64,000 nucleotides of DNA from UHGV virus genome UHGV-0128973. The stretch is one strand, 5' to 3'. The notes under the pieces are model-generated. The model was not told the origin of the DNA. It searched no databases and was given only the letters and a program-made list of their open reading frames with translations. The DNA comes from a virus. Numbering within the stretch: the stretch's first letter is position 1; every line of letters starts with the position of its first letter. A program made the translations under genes and the position numbers. This document shows, piece by piece, positions 22,869 to 33,080 of this stretch.

Positions 22869-23597
22869 ATGAAAGGCGAAGTGAAAGAGCGCGGCATGAT
22901 TTTCAACGATGAGATGGTCCGGGCCATCCTCGAAGGAAGGAAAACGCAGACGCGGCGGATAATGAAAAATCAGCCTGCGGAAGTTGGTCCAGAAGCACCA
23001 GTGATGGTTAGAAAAATTGGTGCAGGTTTTCAGTGGTACGGGGCTGATGGTGTAAGCAGTGTTTTCAATTGCCCATTTGGTATCGTCGGCGATCGAATTT
23101 GGGTTCGTGAAACATGGGCGATATTAGGCAATGAGGATGGTTGCAGTGTGGACTGGAACGACAACCTTTGTCGTGGCGATGAGAAGAACGCAGCAAGGAT
23201 TTATCGGGCCAGTTGCGAGCAAAAACCTGGTGATTACGGCTTATGGTCGATACCCGATGATGCCGACTGGAAACCTCACACTGTGAATGAAAAGTTTGAT
23301 GGTGGGTGGCGTCCATCAATTCACATGCCGCGATGGGCATCACGCATTCTGTTGGAAATTACCAACGTGCGCGTTGAACGGTTGAACGATATCAGCGAAT
23401 GCGATGCAAGGGCTGAGGGCGTTCCGCCTGCTGGAAGTTTGCTTCCTGATCACCCGGGAACATTCCTTACTCCCAAGGGGGATTTCGCAATGGCCAAGGT
23501 TGCGTTCCAGCGCCTGTGGGAATCCATCTATGGTGAAGAAAGCTGGAACGCTAATCCCTGGGTGTGGGTAATCGAGTTTAAGCGCATTCAGGAATAA
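22869..23597 (+). CDS. ASCH-like (PUA-fold) domain protein
   Basis: MIFNDEMVRAILEGRKTQTRR N-terminal signature common to prophage ASCH-type proteins. Confidence 0.4.
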   Translation: MKGEVKERGMIFNDEMVRAILEGRKTQTRRIMKNQPAEVGPEAPVMVRKIGAGFQWYGADGVSSVFNCPFGIVGDRIWVRETWAILGNEDGCSVDWNDNLCRGDEKNAARIYRASCEQKPGDYGLWSIPDDADWKPHTVNEKFDGGWRPSIHMPRWASRILLEITNVRVERLNDISECDARAEGVPPAGSLLPDHPGTFLTPKGDFAMAKVAFQRLWESIYGEESWNANPWVWVIEFKRIQE

Positions 23598-23600
23598 ACC

Positions 23601-24479
23601 GTGAGTATGCATCAAGTCGTCAGCTTTTCAGGTGGACGAACATCGGCTTATCTCGTTCATCTGATGGAAGCACAGCGAAAAGCTGGCGCTAGCGTCCATT
23701 TCATTTTTATGGATACCGGCTGTGAACATCCTCTGACGTATCGCTTTATTCGTGAGGTTGTGAAGTTCTGGAACGTACCGCTAACGGTGTTGCAGGTCGA
23801 TATAAATCCAGAACTTGGGCAGCCAAATGGTTATACGGAATGGGAACCAAAGGATATTCAGACGCGAATGCCGGTGCTTAAACCGTTTATGGACATGGTT
23901 AAAAAGTACGGTACGCCATACATCGGCGGCGCGTTCTGTACCGACAGGCTAAAACTCACCCCTTTCACGAAATATTGCGATGACCATTTTGGGCGAGGGA
24001 ATTACATCACATGGCTCGGTATTCGTGCGGACGAACCCCGTAGGCTGAAACCGAAACCGGGCGTCCGGTATCTTGCCGAACTGTCAGATTTTGATAAGTC
24101 GGATGTTATCCGGTGGTGGCGAAAACAACCTTTTGATTTGCAAATCCCGGAGCACCTCGGGAACTGTGTTTTTTGCATCAAAAAGTCAACGCAAAAGCTG
24201 GGGCTTGCATGTAAAGACGAACCAGGTCTGATGCGGGTTTTTAATGAACTGGTTACAGGCAAACACGTCAGGGATGGTCATCGCAGAACAGGTAAAGACG
24301 TTATGTACCGTGGCCACCTGACGCTTGACGGGATTGCCAGAATGTATGCCGACAGTGACTACAGAAATTTGTATCAGGCGATGGTGCTGGCCAAGCGGTT
24401 TGATACTGGTTCGTGTTCCGAATCATGTGAAATCTGGGGTGACCAATTGGAGTTGAAATTCGAAGAGGTAGTGGAATGA
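23601..24479 (+). CDS. PAPS-reductase-like PP-loop ATPase family protein
   Basis: VVSFSGGRTSAYL PP-loop motif; 292 aa. Confidence 0.65.
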   Translation: MSMHQVVSFSGGRTSAYLVHLMEAQRKAGASVHFIFMDTGCEHPLTYRFIREVVKFWNVPLTVLQVDINPELGQPNGYTEWEPKDIQTRMPVLKPFMDMVKKYGTPYIGGAFCTDRLKLTPFTKYCDDHFGRGNYITWLGIRADEPRRLKPKPGVRYLAELSDFDKSDVIRWWRKQPFDLQIPEHLGNCVFCIKKSTQKLGLACKDEPGLMRVFNELVTGKHVRDGHRRTGKDVMYRGHLTLDGIARMYADSDYRNLYQAMVLAKRFDTGSCSESCEIWGDQLELKFEEVVE

Positions 24480-24679
24480 CAATCGTAAAAACCCATACCG
24501 GTACCGTGATCACCAAAGATGGCCCGAAGGTAAAAAAACTGCACCAAACAGAGCGGATGTGGGTCGTTGGCAAAAACGAGTTTTACCACAAAGAAACTGG
24601 ACGCCGCCATTTTGCAGAAAATACGCGCCGCCGACTGCTGTTAGACACCATCAAGCCTATCGAGGTGAAGCATGTTTAA
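24476..24679 (+). CDS. Hypothetical small protein (67 aa)
   Basis: ORF with start overlapping upstream stop. Confidence 0.3.
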   Translation: MTIVKTHTGTVITKDGPKVKKLHQTERMWVVGKNEFYHKETGRRHFAENTRRRLLLDTIKPIEVKHV

Positions 24680-24911
24680 ACAGAACGAAAAAGCTATCGC
24701 TCAAATTGCTGATTATATCCCGCGTGCGTGCCGGGGTATGCAGTTGCAGGAAGCCAAAGCGCGCCTGGAGAAAAAAATTGCGCTCTATATTGATGACGGC
24801 TGTGATTCCGCCGTTCTTAACGCGGCGTTCGCACCAGCTCTTAACTGTCACACTCGGGAGTCTTTTTTTTCGTGCATCGCAGCGCAACTCCGCCAAGGAG
24901 GCAACCAGTGA
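24672..24911 (+). CDS. Hypothetical small protein (79 aa)
   Basis: ORF geometry, translationally coupled. Confidence 0.3.
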   Translation: MFKQNEKAIAQIADYIPRACRGMQLQEAKARLEKKIALYIDDGCDSAVLNAAFAPALNCHTRESFFSCIAAQLRQGGNQ

Positions 24912-25594
24912 GCGAAATTAATTACCAGGCACTGCGTGAGGCGGCACAGAACGCGAAAAATTTAGGTGGGATTAAGAATTACAAGCGAGGCGAGCAAGCT
25001 GTTGCCGAATTTAAGTCCTTGATAACGCCACATATTGTGCTGGCGCTTCTGGAAGAACGGGAAAGAAACCAGCAATACATCAAACGCCGCGACCAGGAGA
25101 ACGAGGATATTGCGCTTACGGTAGGGAAGCCGCTAATCGAAAACGGCCGGCTTGTTGCCGATACGCTACGCCACTTAGCTGATAACGAAATCGACTCTGA
25201 TTATTTTGCTATCACCTCAACGAATGAGAACGGTACTGAAATTGATCATGAGATGGCTATTACCGATTACGCACTGCAAGCTGCCGGAACTGTAGACGAA
25301 TTGGTTGCGGCGTTGGAATCCGCAGAGAAGCGCATTGCAGAACTGGAAAGCAACGAAGTCCGTGAAGTCGGAAATCAGTTTCTTGTTGTTCGCCATCCTG
25401 GGAAAACTCCTGTCATCAAGCACTGCACTGGTGACCTGGAAGAGTTTCTGCGGAAGTTAATCGAACAAGACCCGTTAGTAACTATCGACATCATTACGCA
25501 TCGCTATTACGGGATTGGCGGTCAATGGGTTCAGGATGCAGTTGAGTATCTGCATATGATGTCTGACGCTGGCATTCGCATCAAAGGAGAGTGA
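24908..25594 (+). CDS. Ead/Ea22-like protein
   Basis: GTG start after AAGGAGG; N-terminus SEINYQALREAAQNAKN typical of Ead/Ea22 family. Confidence 0.45.
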   Translation: MSEINYQALREAAQNAKNLGGIKNYKRGEQAVAEFKSLITPHIVLALLEERERNQQYIKRRDQENEDIALTVGKPLIENGRLVADTLRHLADNEIDSDYFAITSTNENGTEIDHEMAITDYALQAAGTVDELVAALESAEKRIAELESNEVREVGNQFLVVRHPGKTPVIKHCTGDLEEFLRKLIEQDPLVTIDIITHRYYGIGGQWVQDAVEYLHMMSDAGIRIKGE

Positions 25595-25595
25595 T

Positions 25596-25745
25596 ATGGC
25601 TAAGTACATCGTGACTATCGAAGGATTTAATGATTGCAAGGTTGTTGAGTTTGAAGCAGACACGCCAGAGGATGCCGAAGAAATAGGCAGAGACATATTC
25701 TATGAAGAATGCAACTACGGCGTATCACCTGCTACAGAGGACTAA
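25596..25745 (+). CDS. Hypothetical small protein (49 aa)
   Basis: ATG after GGAGAG RBS; below ORF-track cutoff. Confidence 0.3.
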   Translation: MAKYIVTIEGFNDCKVVEFEADTPEDAEEIGRDIFYEECNYGVSPATED

Positions 25746-25748
25746 CAC

Positions 25749-27023
25749 ATGACCACTATTACCAAAGAGCGACTGCTGACAATCAAACAGTGGCGCGAAA
25801 CATACGGACCTGGTAGCAACGTTGTACTGCCAGCAGAAGAAGCGGAAGAACTGGCACGAATTGCTCTGGCATCGCTGGAAGCAAAACCAATAGGTGCATT
25901 CCACATTGCAGAACAGCAAGTTGACGGCACAAGTGACTACCTCAAGGATGGAGAATGGCCTATTGATAATGGAATTATTGAGGTCTACGCCGCTCCACCC
26001 GTTCCAGTAGTACCGGAAGAAAAACCAATGCCTAACGCTCTAAGCATGCTTGAAAGAGAGATCACACAACTGATTGGTGATGCGCAGGAAGCCACTGTTA
26101 CTGGCTATGAGTTAATCGCTGAAGCTTGGCGTTTGATGGATGGACAAGACCCTAAAACCAGCGATTGGCATAGCAAGGCTTCGAAGTATTTAAATTCCAA
26201 TATTGTAGAAAAAGTTGATGATGACCGTATTGAGGCTGTTAAGGCTGTTTTGCGTAGACTGGCTGGCAACTCTCCGGTAATTCCAGGTGAGGTGCTGTCA
26301 GCAATTATGAAGGTTGCCAGGGTTCGTGCCGATTTCGATGATTTTGACGGTGACAGGCGAGGTATCGGTGATTGTCTGGATGAGGCTGAGCAAGAGCTTA
26401 TCGTTACCATTAACAAATATGCCAGTCAGTTGGCAGCAGAACCGATAGCGACTAATAACGTTCGAGAGCAGCAGACAGCCGTTCCGCCAGTTCCGGAAAT
26501 ACAGGATGATGTCGCGCAAGCAATTGAAAATCTCAAGCAGAAGTTAGTGGAATGCAATCGCTATAACTACTGCGCAGATGCAGTTAAAGGCGTAGAGGAT
26601 GCCTGCCACGCTGCCATGCTTCAGGGTAGCCAACCTGTAAGCCAAACTTACAAGTTGCCAGTTAATACACCTTGCCAAGATGCGCCAGCCCATATCTGGC
26701 TGCAAACGGCTGGAGTATGGCCAGAAGATGGCGAGTTAAGCGAATTAACGTGGTGCAGCCACAATCAGCACCATGATGACACGCTATATGTTCGAGCTGA
26801 CCTTGTGAATGGCAACTCTCCGGTAACTCCGGATGGTTGGATAAGCTGTAGTGAGCGAATGCCCGCTCAAGATGATTGGATTTTAATTTATTCAAAGCAC
26901 GGCGAGTATATGGCAGGACAGGTACAAGAGGAATACGTGGAGTTGAGCGACGGCACTTTATCGTGGTTAGGGAACGCCTTGTTCTGGATGCCTCTACCAG
27001 AACCGCCTCAGGAGGCAAAATGA
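25749..27023 (+). CDS. DUF551-type C-terminal domain protein
   Basis: C-terminus DGWISCSERMPAQDDWIL...WLGNALFWMPLPEPP is the DUF551 signature. Confidence 0.5.
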   Translation: MTTITKERLLTIKQWRETYGPGSNVVLPAEEAEELARIALASLEAKPIGAFHIAEQQVDGTSDYLKDGEWPIDNGIIEVYAAPPVPVVPEEKPMPNALSMLEREITQLIGDAQEATVTGYELIAEAWRLMDGQDPKTSDWHSKASKYLNSNIVEKVDDDRIEAVKAVLRRLAGNSPVIPGEVLSAIMKVARVRADFDDFDGDRRGIGDCLDEAEQELIVTINKYASQLAAEPIATNNVREQQTAVPPVPEIQDDVAQAIENLKQKLVECNRYNYCADAVKGVEDACHAAMLQGSQPVSQTYKLPVNTPCQDAPAHIWLQTAGVWPEDGELSELTWCSHNQHHDDTLYVRADLVNGNSPVTPDGWISCSERMPAQDDWILIYSKHGEYMAGQVQEEYVELSDGTLSWLGNALFWMPLPEPPQEAK

Positions 27024-27280
27024 TGGATGTCAAAGAGAAGATTTTGCAGGTGATGCGTTCCCGGGCTGCCCTGCAAGATAAAGCTCTCGGCGGGGAATAT
27101 CCATTCAGGATGGCAACCTGGAATCTGCGGTTGGCAATGGAGAAGGAATTTCCTGATGAAGAATGGCGTTCGGCAGATTTGCGCAAAATTCTTATGGAGA
27201 TGGCTAAAGACGGAACAGTATCCAAAGATACCCATGCCAGCCGGATTGGTCAGGCGGTATGGAGACTGGAGGTGAGATAA
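27021..27280 (+). CDS. Hypothetical small protein (~86 aa)
   Basis: Internal Met start (MMDVKEK) of ORF 26876..27280, overlapping upstream stop. Confidence 0.4.
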
Positions 27281-27347
27281 GGAGCTGGCCTGAAGCATTC
27301 GCAACGGTAGGAATTGTGATGGCGGCAGCACTGGGTTTGTATTCAAT

Positions 27348-27599
27348 TTGTCGCTGGTGGTAACGATGGGAAAAATAACTTTTGTAGTCGAATTTGAGGA
27401 TGGCAAAGAGCCACCTGTTAGCGCCAATCTTGATGTTGCTGGTGGCAGGCTTGTTTCGGTTCTATTTGGTGACTACCGAGATGACTTCTTCCAACCAGAA
27501 GAAGTTGATGTAGTGCGAGAGGCATTAAACGAGTTAAGTGTTGATAACGATGATGCTCATGCGGAAATCATCCAAAAAATGGAACTGCTAACTCACTAA
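27348..27599 (+). CDS. Hypothetical small acidic protein
   Basis: ORF; likely start at 27366. Confidence 0.35.
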   Translation: MSLVVTMGKITFVVEFEDGKEPPVSANLDVAGGRLVSVLFGDYRDDFFQPEEVDVVREALNELSVDNDDAHAEIIQKMELLTH

Positions 27600-27647
27600 A
27601 TTATCAATTATGGTGCTATCACCTACGACACCGAGAGAAAATTTATA

Positions 27648-27770
27648 ATGTCAAAAGTAAATGTTTTGATTTTTTCAGCAATTGTTGGCTTTGGTTTTAC
27701 TGCCGGAGTGCAGATTTATATTACGTGGGAAAAAATCATCAACTACGCATGGAGTTGTTTTATTAAGTGA
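27648..27770 (+). CDS. Small hydrophobic peptide (40 aa)
   Basis: MSKVNVLIFSAIVGFGFTAGVQIYITWEKIINYAWSCFIK; AT-rich; below ORF cutoff. Confidence 0.3.
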   Translation: MSKVNVLIFSAIVGFGFTAGVQIYITWEKIINYAWSCFIK

Positions 27771-27777
27771 GGTAAGT

Positions 27778-28071
27778 ATGTGGAGAGGTAATAGTCATGG
27801 CAAAAGCCAGATGATACTTACCGAATATCAGTTTGACCATAAAACCAATAAATCACGTTCAGTATATTTGCTTCGGCACAATAGCCGCGTAAGGAATACC
27901 GTGCTGGAGCAAAATCTGACTGTTGAAATGGATAATTACGGGGGCTTCAAGCCAACAATTTCGCTTGATGATTTTCCTCGTGGTTTAAGCGAAAGAGAAG
28001 CAATGCTGAAATTAGCAGAATGGCTACAAAGATTAAGCATTGCTATTGAAGATAACTGGTCTGAACCTTAA
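27778..28071 (+). CDS. Hypothetical protein (~97 aa)
   Basis: Internal Met of ORF 27682..28071 preceded by GGTAAG; AT-rich. Confidence 0.35.
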   Translation: MWRGNSHGKSQMILTEYQFDHKTNKSRSVYLLRHNSRVRNTVLEQNLTVEMDNYGGFKPTISLDDFPRGLSEREAMLKLAEWLQRLSIAIEDNWSEP

Positions 28072-28077
28072 ATTTAT

Positions 28078-28452
28078 ATGATGACACTAAAACATTTTCT
28101 TGACCGCCCATTATGGGCGGCAGCCGCAGGCTATGACTTTAATTATATGGATTGCATGTCTTATACCGCCAATGCATACGACCATTCCTTCAGTCTGCTG
28201 TTTAATTCTTTAAGAATATTGCCGCAAACAGAAGTTGGAGAGCTTCATTTATGGCTATTGGGCTTTATCGCGGCTGTCGTTGGTATTGCTATATGGCCTT
28301 TTATTTTCTGGCTGGTGGCTGTTGTAGTGTGGTTTAAGTGCAAGACATACCGGAAAAAGTATTTCTTAGGTGATGGAATGACTGATATTGCCAAAATGAA
28401 CATTGAAAAATGGACTAAGGAATGTGAAAAGAAATGGCGCAAAAAGAAATGA
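28078..28452 (+). CDS. Membrane protein (two TM helices), 124 aa
   Basis: LWLLGFIAAVVGIAIWPFIFWLVAVVVWF hydrophobic hairpin. Confidence 0.45.
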   Translation: MMTLKHFLDRPLWAAAAGYDFNYMDCMSYTANAYDHSFSLLFNSLRILPQTEVGELHLWLLGFIAAVVGIAIWPFIFWLVAVVVWFKCKTYRKKYFLGDGMTDIAKMNIEKWTKECEKKWRKKK

Positions 28453-29366
28453 CCCGAATCACTGAAGAGCGTATATCAGAGATTATTTCCCGTATCGAAA
28501 TGTATGGTCACGGTGCTGGATATACGGCAGATGAAGTATTGGCACTTGCCCAAATGGCTTTGGCGGCTTGCAAAGATGATAAAAAAATGAAGTTTATCGA
28601 CTTGTTAGTGGAGGAACTGCCTAAGTGCGGCGGGTGGCCTGATGGAATGAGTTATTGTTACCTACCCAGTGTCAATTTAATGGCACCATGCGCGACTTTT
28701 GCTTTTGGCTCAGACCACAAAAAAGACACTTTCTTTGGGCGCAATTTTTGTTGTGAGATTGAGCTTCCAATTGGTGACCTTGATAGCGATGAATACCAGT
28801 CAGTTGTCACTCGCGAACAATACGAATCAGCTCTCATAGCGTCGCAGAAAGTCGAGTTCAATGGTGATGAACTTGAAAGTAAGACTTACAGGTTGGATTT
28901 TGGGCAATGGCTGGAACAGCAACGCGGGAAAATCGATGTGGACTGTGGTTGTGTGTCCACTGAAACATTCATGCACTGGCTGCGGGTAGCTTACGAGGCT
29001 GGCAACTATCCGGATATTCCGGATAGTTCGGTGCCAGCACCAGGAAAGGGCGTCACCGGTGAACGTATCCGAATTAAGCCGCATGTTTATCGCGAACTGG
29101 TTAACCGTCTCCACGATACAGCGATCAAGTGTGCTGGCACCCAGCAATTACGAGAAAGAATTAGCCGTGTTTTGGGCGACGTTATTACACCAGATCATCA
29201 TAAACAAGCCGAGAAAAGTGGCCTGGAAAGGTGTCACCTTGAGGCGGCATTAAACATTAAGCCGGGGCATACGCTTGGCATTATTGATGCACTATTGGTT
29301 CATAAGATGGCCAGGGCTTTATTGCCGCTGGTGGATGCTGGCGATACAAGCGAGGGTGAAGTATGA
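28434..29366 (+). CDS. Hypothetical protein (310 aa)
   Basis: ORF geometry; Cys-rich central region. Confidence 0.45.
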   Translation: MAQKEMTRITEERISEIISRIEMYGHGAGYTADEVLALAQMALAACKDDKKMKFIDLLVEELPKCGGWPDGMSYCYLPSVNLMAPCATFAFGSDHKKDTFFGRNFCCEIELPIGDLDSDEYQSVVTREQYESALIASQKVEFNGDELESKTYRLDFGQWLEQQRGKIDVDCGCVSTETFMHWLRVAYEAGNYPDIPDSSVPAPGKGVTGERIRIKPHVYRELVNRLHDTAIKCAGTQQLRERISRVLGDVITPDHHKQAEKSGLERCHLEAALNIKPGHTLGIIDALLVHKMARALLPLVDAGDTSEGEV

Positions 29367-29725
29367 GAGTTGCAGATCACATCAAACACCTTGAAAGAAT
29401 TATCGAAAACGGTGAACTCTTAAGAGATCAGATGAGACGCACGGCAGAAGTCAGAGAGGCGATAATCCGCAGTCAGGCTGGTAAATTAAAGCAATTATCA
29501 GAGATTAACGCGCTATACAAGAACAGACGTAACCGGGCGGCGCTGCGGCTTCAGAAAGCACGTAATGAAATTAAATTGGTGGAGGCAAAACTGAAAAAAC
29601 AGATTCAGCGTTACGATCAGCAAGATGCTTTTTATGCCGCCATCAAGGCGGCTGCTAATGAAATAGGCATCTGGAAGTTGCTGGTGGAGAAAGCAAAGAC
29701 GAAGTTAAATGCCAACGAAAGCTGA
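29363..29725 (+). CDS. Hypothetical coiled-coil protein (120 aa)
   Basis: ORF overlapping upstream stop; charged helical sequence. Confidence 0.45.
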   Translation: MRVADHIKHLERIIENGELLRDQMRRTAEVREAIIRSQAGKLKQLSEINALYKNRRNRAALRLQKARNEIKLVEAKLKKQIQRYDQQDAFYAAIKAAANEIGIWKLLVEKAKTKLNANES

Positions 29726-29799
29726 ACTACAGATACCCACCAGCACATACAGAAAATGATTGTTTCCACATCAAGGAGGTTTTAATGTTTCACTGAACA

Positions 29800-29937
29800 T
29801 TAAGTAAGCCAGTGCATAATTCCATTTTTTACTGACCTTAAAAGCAAAATCAAAACGATGATGAGGATGATCGCCAGAATCTGGCTAATAACAGGCGCAT
29901 CTAAAAATGCACTCAGGAACTGAAAAAAAGCAGTCAT
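29800..29937 (-). CDS. Candidate small hydrophobic peptide (45 aa) in AT-rich intergenic region
   Basis: MTAFFQFLSAFLDAPVISQILAIILIIVLILLLRSVKNGIMHWLT; weak SD; speculative. Confidence 0.2.
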   Translation of the reverse strand: MTAFFQFLSAFLDAPVISQILAIILIIVLILLLRSVKNGIMHWLT

Positions 29938-30385
29938 TAAGGTGGTTCCTTGTCAAATGTAAAGGAGCACTTGCTCACGTTGACGTAGAAACCCAACCCC
30001 TATATAGTTGGATTCGGTGAAAGAAAGTCGTTAACGTGAGCTTACGGCACATGTTTTCGGAACAACATCAGGGAACGGCTAATTCCTTGATGCGGATGGG
30101 GTCTGTAATGCAGACCCTATCTATTAACGTCATGATTGCATCTCAAATTTTCTCCTTATCTTCATTAATCAAAATTCATTTCATTTGTGAAACATCACAA
30201 TATTTAGAAAATGGCCCTCTTGCAAGTGCATAACTTTGTGGATAAATCAGGAAGAAAAAAGTTGATTCTGCGCACGGCAAGGCAGATAAGCTGTGCACAA
30301 AAATCAATGGGAAAAGAAAAAAATTAAAAGTTACTTTGCTGGTTAAATAATAGTCGTTACGCAATTGTTCTGGATGGGATTTGAT

Positions 30386-30637
30386 ATGCACGATTGGAAT
30401 ATTGCAGCTAAAAGTCAGGAAGAACGGGATAAGGTTAACGTTGATCTGGCTGCCAGCGGTGTGGCGTACAAAGAGCGATTGAACATACCTGTCATAGCTG
30501 AACAGGTAGCCCGCGAGCAACCAGAGAATCTGCGCACCTATTTCATGGAACGGTTACGGCACTATCGGCAGTTAAGCCTCCAGTTGCCAAAAGGGAGCGA
30601 TCCGGTGTATCAGAACGAGGATGCACCAAAAAAATAA
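30386..30637 (+). CDS. hot: DNA polymerase III theta-subunit (HolE) homologue
   Basis: [43 protein letters not shown] parallels E. coli HolE. Confidence 0.8.
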   Translation: MHDWNIAAKSQEERDKVNVDLAASGVAYKERLNIPVIAEQVAREQPENLRTYFMERLRHYRQLSLQLPKGSDPVYQNEDAPKK

Positions 30638-30722
30638 CGGCAAGATGGGGGAGAAATGTGATTAGCCCCCAGCGTGGCGCGCCTACAAACCCCGCTTTCA
30701 CAAACTATGCCTTTTCAATGTA

Positions 30723-30742
30723 TACTGTATGAATAAACAGTA
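30723..30742. promoter_or_regulatory. LexA (SOS) box TACTGTATGAATAAACAGTA upstream of humD
   Basis: CTGT-N8-ACAG palindrome matching LexA consensus, 19 bp before the humD start. Confidence 0.7.
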
Positions 30743-30760
30743 TCATTGAGGTAAAACGCT

Positions 30761-31150
30761 ATGGGCTTCCCTTCTCCTGCGGCAGATTATGTTGAAAGCC
30801 GAATTTCTCTTGATCAGCAGATAATTAGACATCCTTCAGCGACCTACTTCATGCGGGCAGCTGATAGCCATCACCGTGAGGGAATATTGCAGGGTGCTTT
30901 GCTGGTGGTTGATTCCTCGCTTACTCCGGTTGATGGTTCTCTGCTTGTGTGCGCTATGGAGGGTGAATATCGCATAAAGAGATACAGGAAGTATCCGCGC
31001 CAGCACCTGGAGGACTTAAGCACCGGGAAGAAAGAGGCGTTACCAGTAGACGACGATGGATACACGGGCAGTAATGCTGTTTTTGGTGTGATCACTCATG
31101 TCATCAATGATGCCCGAAGTGGGGAATTTGATGATTGTCCGGTTATTTAA
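30761..31150 (+). CDS. humD: UmuD-like (LexA/S24 peptidase family) protein HumD
   Basis: 129 aa UmuD-like fold indicators; preceded by LexA box. Confidence 0.75.
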   Translation: MGFPSPAADYVESRISLDQQIIRHPSATYFMRAADSHHREGILQGALLVVDSSLTPVDGSLLVCAMEGEYRIKRYRKYPRQHLEDLSTGKKEALPVDDDGYTGSNAVFGVITHVINDARSGEFDDCPVI

Positions 31151-31222
31151 GCTGCAAAGTGCTGGTGCTTTATGCCTGTGAAGTTTATAATTGTGTACAC
31201 ATAACGAGTACACGAGGTGTTT

Positions 31223-31444
31223 ATGCAATCCATTAACTTCCGTACCGCGCGTGGCAACCTTTCTGAAGTGCTCAACAATGTTGAAGCCGGGGAAGAGGTT
31301 GAAATCACCCGCAGAGGCCGTGAGCCAGCAGTAATTGTCAGCAAGGCTACTTTCGAAGCCTACAAAAAAGCGGCGCTGGATGCTGAATTTGCATCCCTGT
31401 TTGACACCCTGGACTCCACCAACAAGGAACTGGTTAACCGATAA
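31223..31444 (+). CDS. phd: Phd antitoxin
   Basis: [39 protein letters not shown]... recognised as P1 Phd (73 aa). Confidence 0.95.
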
Positions 31445-31824
31445 TGAGGCATATATCACCGGAAGAACTTATTGCGCTTCATGATGCGAATATAAGCCGC
31501 TACGGCGGCCTGCCGGGAATGTCAGATCCGGGTAGGGCAGAGGCCATTATCGGGAGAGTTCAGGCCAGAGTTGCCTACGAAGAGATCACCGACCTTTTCG
31601 AAGTCTCCGCCACCTACCTGGTGGCTACGGCGAGAGGGCATATATTCAATGATGCCAATAAGCGTACCGCGCTAAACAGTGCGCTGCTATTTCTACGCCG
31701 TAACGGGGTGCAGGTATTTGATTCACCTGAACTGGCAGACCTTACCGTAGGCGCTGCGACTGGCGAGATATCTGTATCTTCTGTCGCCGACACGTTACGT
31801 AGATTGTATGGTTCTGCGGAGTAG
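31444..31824 (+). CDS. doc: Doc toxin (Fic-fold kinase)
   Basis: 126 aa, start overlaps phd stop (ATAATG); sequence recognised as P1 Doc. Confidence 0.95.
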
Positions 31825-32008
31825 ATTAATGGCACGCAAATACAACAAATTGTCCCGTGAAGCGTTAAAGATGCTTCTTGATGGCGTGAGTCGCCGCAAG
31901 GTAAAGCAATACCTGGTTGGTAAGCAAATTGGAGTCAGGACCGCTATTGCTGTGTTATGCCGTCAGGAAATGGTTGTGCTTAAACAGAGAATGCCGGGCA
32001 GCAGATAA
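31808..32008 (+). CDS. Hypothetical small basic protein (66 aa)
   Basis: ORF downstream of doc. Confidence 0.35.
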
Positions 32009-32035
32009 AGCCCAATCAGTGATTAAAGGTGTGAT

Positions 32036-33079
32036 GTGAAAGCCATAATTACTCCCTTTGTACAGAAAGAGCTTGGCCTCGCCACGTTCAAAGTGGATCA
32101 GGAGGTCAGAAAGCTGGTGGAGGCTGGCCGTAAATTTATTATGGAGCCGGTGCCGCGTGAGTTAATCGAGCACATGGAAGACGGCCTCGTTGTTACCGAG
32201 CAAACCATGGCAACAAATGAGGCGTTGCAGCCGTTTTTTAACAGCGATGAACTGTTTCGCCGTATTGGTGGAATTGACGCGCTGGTGGCGTGGTTGCGTA
32301 GGAAAGAGGGTCAATGCCAGGCCGCAGATCGTAGTTGGTGTGACAACCATATTGTCCACGCTGAACGAGACAATAGCGCTGTGTTGTTGTGCTGGCATCA
32401 CGATAACCATTACCGGATGCGTGGTTTTAATGAGCTGAAAGAAACGCTGCACAATAATCGCGTTAACTGGATACTGGATGTCGCCCGTCAGGAAATGGGC
32501 CTTTCAAATAGCCATGATTTAAGTATTCAGGAGCTGTGCTGGTGGGCTTTCATGCGCAACATGATGCACCTGATGCCGGAAGAAGTCTGCCGCATATCAA
32601 TAAATAAGATGAAGGCTACTCCGCAGGATAGCGGACCTCTGAAAGAGGCGGATATTCGCCCGTATGACGATCGCGCTACAGCATATGTTCAGATGATGGA
32701 AGAACGCGCCGCGCCGATGCGTGCAAAAGTATGCCCTGTGGATGTTGACTCCGACCCAGGTATGGCGCATTTCAAAATACCAAAACTTCAATCGCTAAAA
32801 TTGCCCGAGTACATGGATTTTGTGGCTTCCCGTCCATGCTGTGGCTGTGGAGCTGCGGGAGCTGGCGCTCACATTACGCCTTATATCGTTCGTCATAGTC
32901 GATTATGCGCGCATGACATTTATGCTATTCCTCTGTGCCAGTCATGCCAGCGTGATATTGAGCGTGACCGCGATAATTGGGAGAAGACGCACGGTAGGTT
33001 GGCGATGCATCAACGATTGTTCTTTGATTACGCGCTTGGAGTGGGCGTTATCACAAGTCATTCGTCGAGTGTTAGATAA
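32036..33079 (+). CDS. Hypothetical protein (347 aa) with Cys-rich C-terminal region
   Basis: ORF; C-terminal CCGCG...CAHD...CQSCQ cluster suggests metal binding. Confidence 0.5.
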   Translation: MKAIITPFVQKELGLATFKVDQEVRKLVEAGRKFIMEPVPRELIEHMEDGLVVTEQTMATNEALQPFFNSDELFRRIGGIDALVAWLRRKEGQCQAADRSWCDNHIVHAERDNSAVLLCWHHDNHYRMRGFNELKETLHNNRVNWILDVARQEMGLSNSHDLSIQELCWWAFMRNMMHLMPEEVCRISINKMKATPQDSGPLKEADIRPYDDRATAYVQMMEERAAPMRAKVCPVDVDSDPGMAHFKIPKLQSLKLPEYMDFVASRPCCGCGAAGAGAHITPYIVRHSRLCAHDIYAIPLCQSCQRDIERDRDNWEKTHGRLAMHQRLFFDYALGVGVITSHSSSVR

Positions 33080-33080
33080 A

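Noticed and set aside
26662-27225. 187-aa minus-strand ORF overlapping the DUF551 gene and the following small gene
   Set aside because: Antisense to two plus-strand genes with good start contexts in a uniformly plus-strand operon.
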